Below are positions 38,808-41,400 of a stretch of 41,400 nucleotides of DNA, one piece after another. This stretch comes from Trichomonas gallinae (lineage: Eukaryota). The position numbers and the translations under genes were made by a program. The stretch is taken from the NCBI GenBank assembly GCA_008369845.1, contig MRSU01009438.1:1-41400 (forward strand), in the 5' to 3' direction. Below the pieces are notes generated by a model. It did no database searches and was not told where the DNA came from. It saw nothing but the letters and a program-made list of their open reading frames with translations. Numbering within the stretch: the stretch's first letter is position 1; the number at the start of each line of letters is the position of its first letter.

Positions 38808-39347
38808 TTAATGAACAGTTTTTTGGTGGCGGTTCAATGGTGCCTCTTGGAGAGAGGACTGATGGAAGAATGGAAGCTTTGTAGTTGATAATTCGCTAGT
38901 CGTCGGAATAATGGTGTGATGTTGATCTATCTGTGAATTTTCACGCTGTGTGATGATGTTCATTGACTCTCTGAGGATCTTTGGCAATACTCTTGAAGAT
39001 TCCCAATTGCTGAAGAAACGATCCTCAGCTTTGATCCTCTCCATGATCTCAATTCTCTTCTGGCTCATTGGTTTCTTTTGAGCTTTTTGCTGAAGTTCTT
39101 CGGTTGATGGTTCAGAATTCTCAACACTACGCTTCATCAAGAATGTTTTGATTTTAGAGCCATTCTTGATACCGTAATAGTCAAAAGAGAGCTCCTTGCG
39201 AAGGATTTGGCCATTAAATATGAACAATATATCGTAAGCAGGTGATTCAACAAGTGAACAAATCTGTATCAAAGAGTGGATGGAATTGCTTGCTTCGACA
39301 TTGTAGCAATTTAAGGTTTTATCGACACCCTGTATGAATATCTGCAT
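38808..39347 (-). CDS. Protein with an N-terminal ubiquitin-like domain
   Basis: MQIFIQGVDK...VEASNSI...FIFNGQIL...SFDYYGIKNGSKI fits the ubiquitin fold; no C-terminal GG. ATG 39347 is preceded by TCATTTT. Confidence 0.75.
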   Translation of the reverse strand: MQIFIQGVDKTLNCYNVEASNSIHSLIQICSLVESPAYDILFIFNGQILRKELSFDYYGIKNGSKIKTFLMKRSVENSEPSTEELQQKAQKKPMSQKRIEIMERIKAEDRFFSNWESSRVLPKILRESMNIITQRENSQIDQHHTIIPTTSELSTTKLPFFHQSSLQEAPLNRHQKTVH

Positions 39348-40384
39348 TACGAGGAAAATGAATAAAAGCAAGTTCTGAAAATTAAATTATTTTTTCAATA
39401 TCTTTACAGAAAACAATTCAATCTATATTTGGTTCCATTTACTCTTTTATATGATATTTTGATTAAAAAATATTTGACAACAATCACTTTTTGAAGTTTA
39501 CAAAATTATAACTGACCTCACTTTTACTTTTAAAAACACATAAAAAATAAAACTATATATGATGGTCAAAAATATCAGAAATTGAGAAGTTGGTTCAATT
39601 ATTTGAGAATGATTTTTTCAACTTGAGTGGTGGTATTTATTTCGTGTTATAGATAAAAATACACTAAAATTTTCGAAATTTTCGAGAATAAAAACACTCG
39701 TCAAACAAATTTTAATTTTTTTTTTTTTTTTTTTAATTTTTAGCTACCCAGCTAAACAGTTAGAGATATCAATTACAAAGCAAATGCAACAATAACTATT
39801 TTTATGCTGAAATAAATTCGAGCCCATTTATTCATTCTTATGATGATTTCATGCTTATTTCGCTTGATAAAATTTGTTAAATTTGAAAAGTTGCTTTGAA
39901 AATTTTACACTAACATTCTCAAATTTTATTTCTTTATCCTCCGAAAGATAAATGCTCTATGATGCATATTGGACTCCATAAATTCGGTCGCCGAAAAAAT
40001 TCTAGAAAATAACGGGTTTACGGAAAACATCATTTTGTGGTTCAGGAACGCATCCAGCATATTTTTGTAATATTTCTATGCGATTTTAGCTGAAATTGAG
40101 TTCAAATAATCTTATTAGTTTTCAATTTGCATTTTTCGATCGGAACGGAATTTAGCATTATTTCTTTTGGTGTTATAGGGATAATGATTGATTTCCACTC
40201 TAAAATTCTCTTATTAAGTTTCACTCAAAAAATGTTTTATTATTCGTCCACTGTTGGAGTTATGCTATATTTTTTGATTCTACTCAATATCTTTCTGACA
40301 TAATTCTATGTCTTTGCGGATAATACTAACAAAAAGTGCGCTAAAAGTGCTACGTTCAAAAGTGTAAAATATAAATTCGGTATC

Positions 40385-41400
40385 TTAACGAACAAATTTA
40401 TAACAGATACTGATTTTTTCTGAATTATCGTCTGTAACTGAGCCTTTGAAAATCTCGCGATCATGATAGAATCTCTTGAAATTGCTTTGATCAACAGTTA
40501 ATGTTGGTTTGCCTGTTAATGAGATGCGCTTGAAGATTTGATTAAATGGGAAACGAGTTGATGCATCTATCTCAACACTAACTGTATAATATCGTAACTT
40601 ATCTTGATAAGTGGTTTACCATCTTTGTTATTATGAACTGTCCAACTGTCAGTACTGCGATCTAGATTTCTGCTTTTTCTGTTGGCAGAGATGATCCCTT
40701 CCATTCTGTCTGATCAATAAGTCTAGGTGGAGACTTGCATTCTAATAGGCAGCTAGAGTGAATACGACTTCTGTTTCTCCTGGGATCTCTTATTATATCC
40801 ATGACACACCATATGCAGAATTGCTAGTTGGTGACGATGCATCAGATCCAGTTCTGTTATAGGATGGCATTGAATCTAATGGCAAATTGCCTGTTCTTTT
40901 GAAATTATTTGTTATGTAATTATATGAGGCAGCTGGATAGTCGTATTCGTCTTGTGTGAACACAGTGTAGCGAAGATTTAAATTTATCGCTTTTAATAAC
41001 AATACCTCTACCTTCATCTCTAGATGAGATGAGGCCAGTGTCATCAACATTAAGATCTGAATCGGCGAAAATGCTTAGGTCAAATCTCCTTGGATCAATA
41101 TGATGAATAAATGATATGGAAATAAATTTATTATATAATTGGTAAAATATTGCATAATGATTTAATTTATTTAATAATCACGCCGAGTAATGTTTATATC
41201 ATGAAAAACTTTCACAAAATCAAGAAAATGCACAAACCATTAACTTATGATAAAATTATGATCCAAAAACCTCTAGAATTAATGAGTATACATCCTTCTT
41301 CTCAAAGTAAATCTTGCACTTATAGTCCTATTATATCTATTGGAAAGAATGGAATATCAAAAACTCATATGTATAATCAGTAACATCTTTTACAATCACG
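40385..41400 (-). pseudogene. Decayed surface-protein gene, Bap-like/Ig-repeat type
   Basis: Segments in shifting frames: KFISISF...PRRFDLSIFADSDLNVDD...RDEGRGIVI; YTVFTQDEYDYP...NSAYGVSWI**EIPGETEVVFTLAA; KSPPRLIDQT; KPTLTV...FY..RE...GSVTDDNSEKISICYKF. The beta-rich pattern is recalled from trichomonad Bap-like proteins. Many stops and frameshifts. Confidence 0.55.

Noticed and set aside
39716..39734. 19-nt poly-T as a retroposon tail
   Set aside because: No flanking duplication or adjacent retro-element sequence recognised.
41150..41383. 77-aa plus-strand ORF
   Set aside because: TTG start, AT-rich, and antisense to the decayed surface-protein gene.

Overview
AT-rich, gene-dense and essentially intron-less eukaryotic DNA, most likely Trichomonas vaginalis or a close parabasalid. 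This is inferred from Inr-type TCA(T/C)T(T/A) motifs just before ATGs, stop codons embedded in TAAA, and DUF3447/ankyrin and Bap-like gene families. About 16 intact genes are present: compact Not1-like, PH-AGC (PKB/Akt-like) kinase, Slx9-like, PP2A-A-like HEAT protein, a catalytically degenerate cysteinyl-tRNA-synthetase-like protein, bacterial-type TtcA, Spc97/98 (GCP) protein, mini-Fip1, a small KxDL-like protein, a BEACH protein, a degenerate CAP-like protein, a degenerate M18 aminopeptidase-like protein, a large ankyrin protein, an ARM/HEAT protein, prefoldin 2, a coiled-coil protein and a ubiquitin-like protein. There is also an interrupted glycosyltransferase-like gene at the left edge that the ORF track missed, several pseudogene remnants, and two small TAGGGAT...ATCCCTA TIR elements. 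The most notable observations are: (1) a recurrent upstream motif TTTACAYGWCA at about 10 gene starts, arrayed at spacings near 20 or 30 bp; (2) a dead CysRS paralog converging on a probably laterally acquired tRNA thiolase; (3) hAT-like MITEs with apparent 7-bp target duplications. All family assignments come from motif recognition by eye, not database searches.
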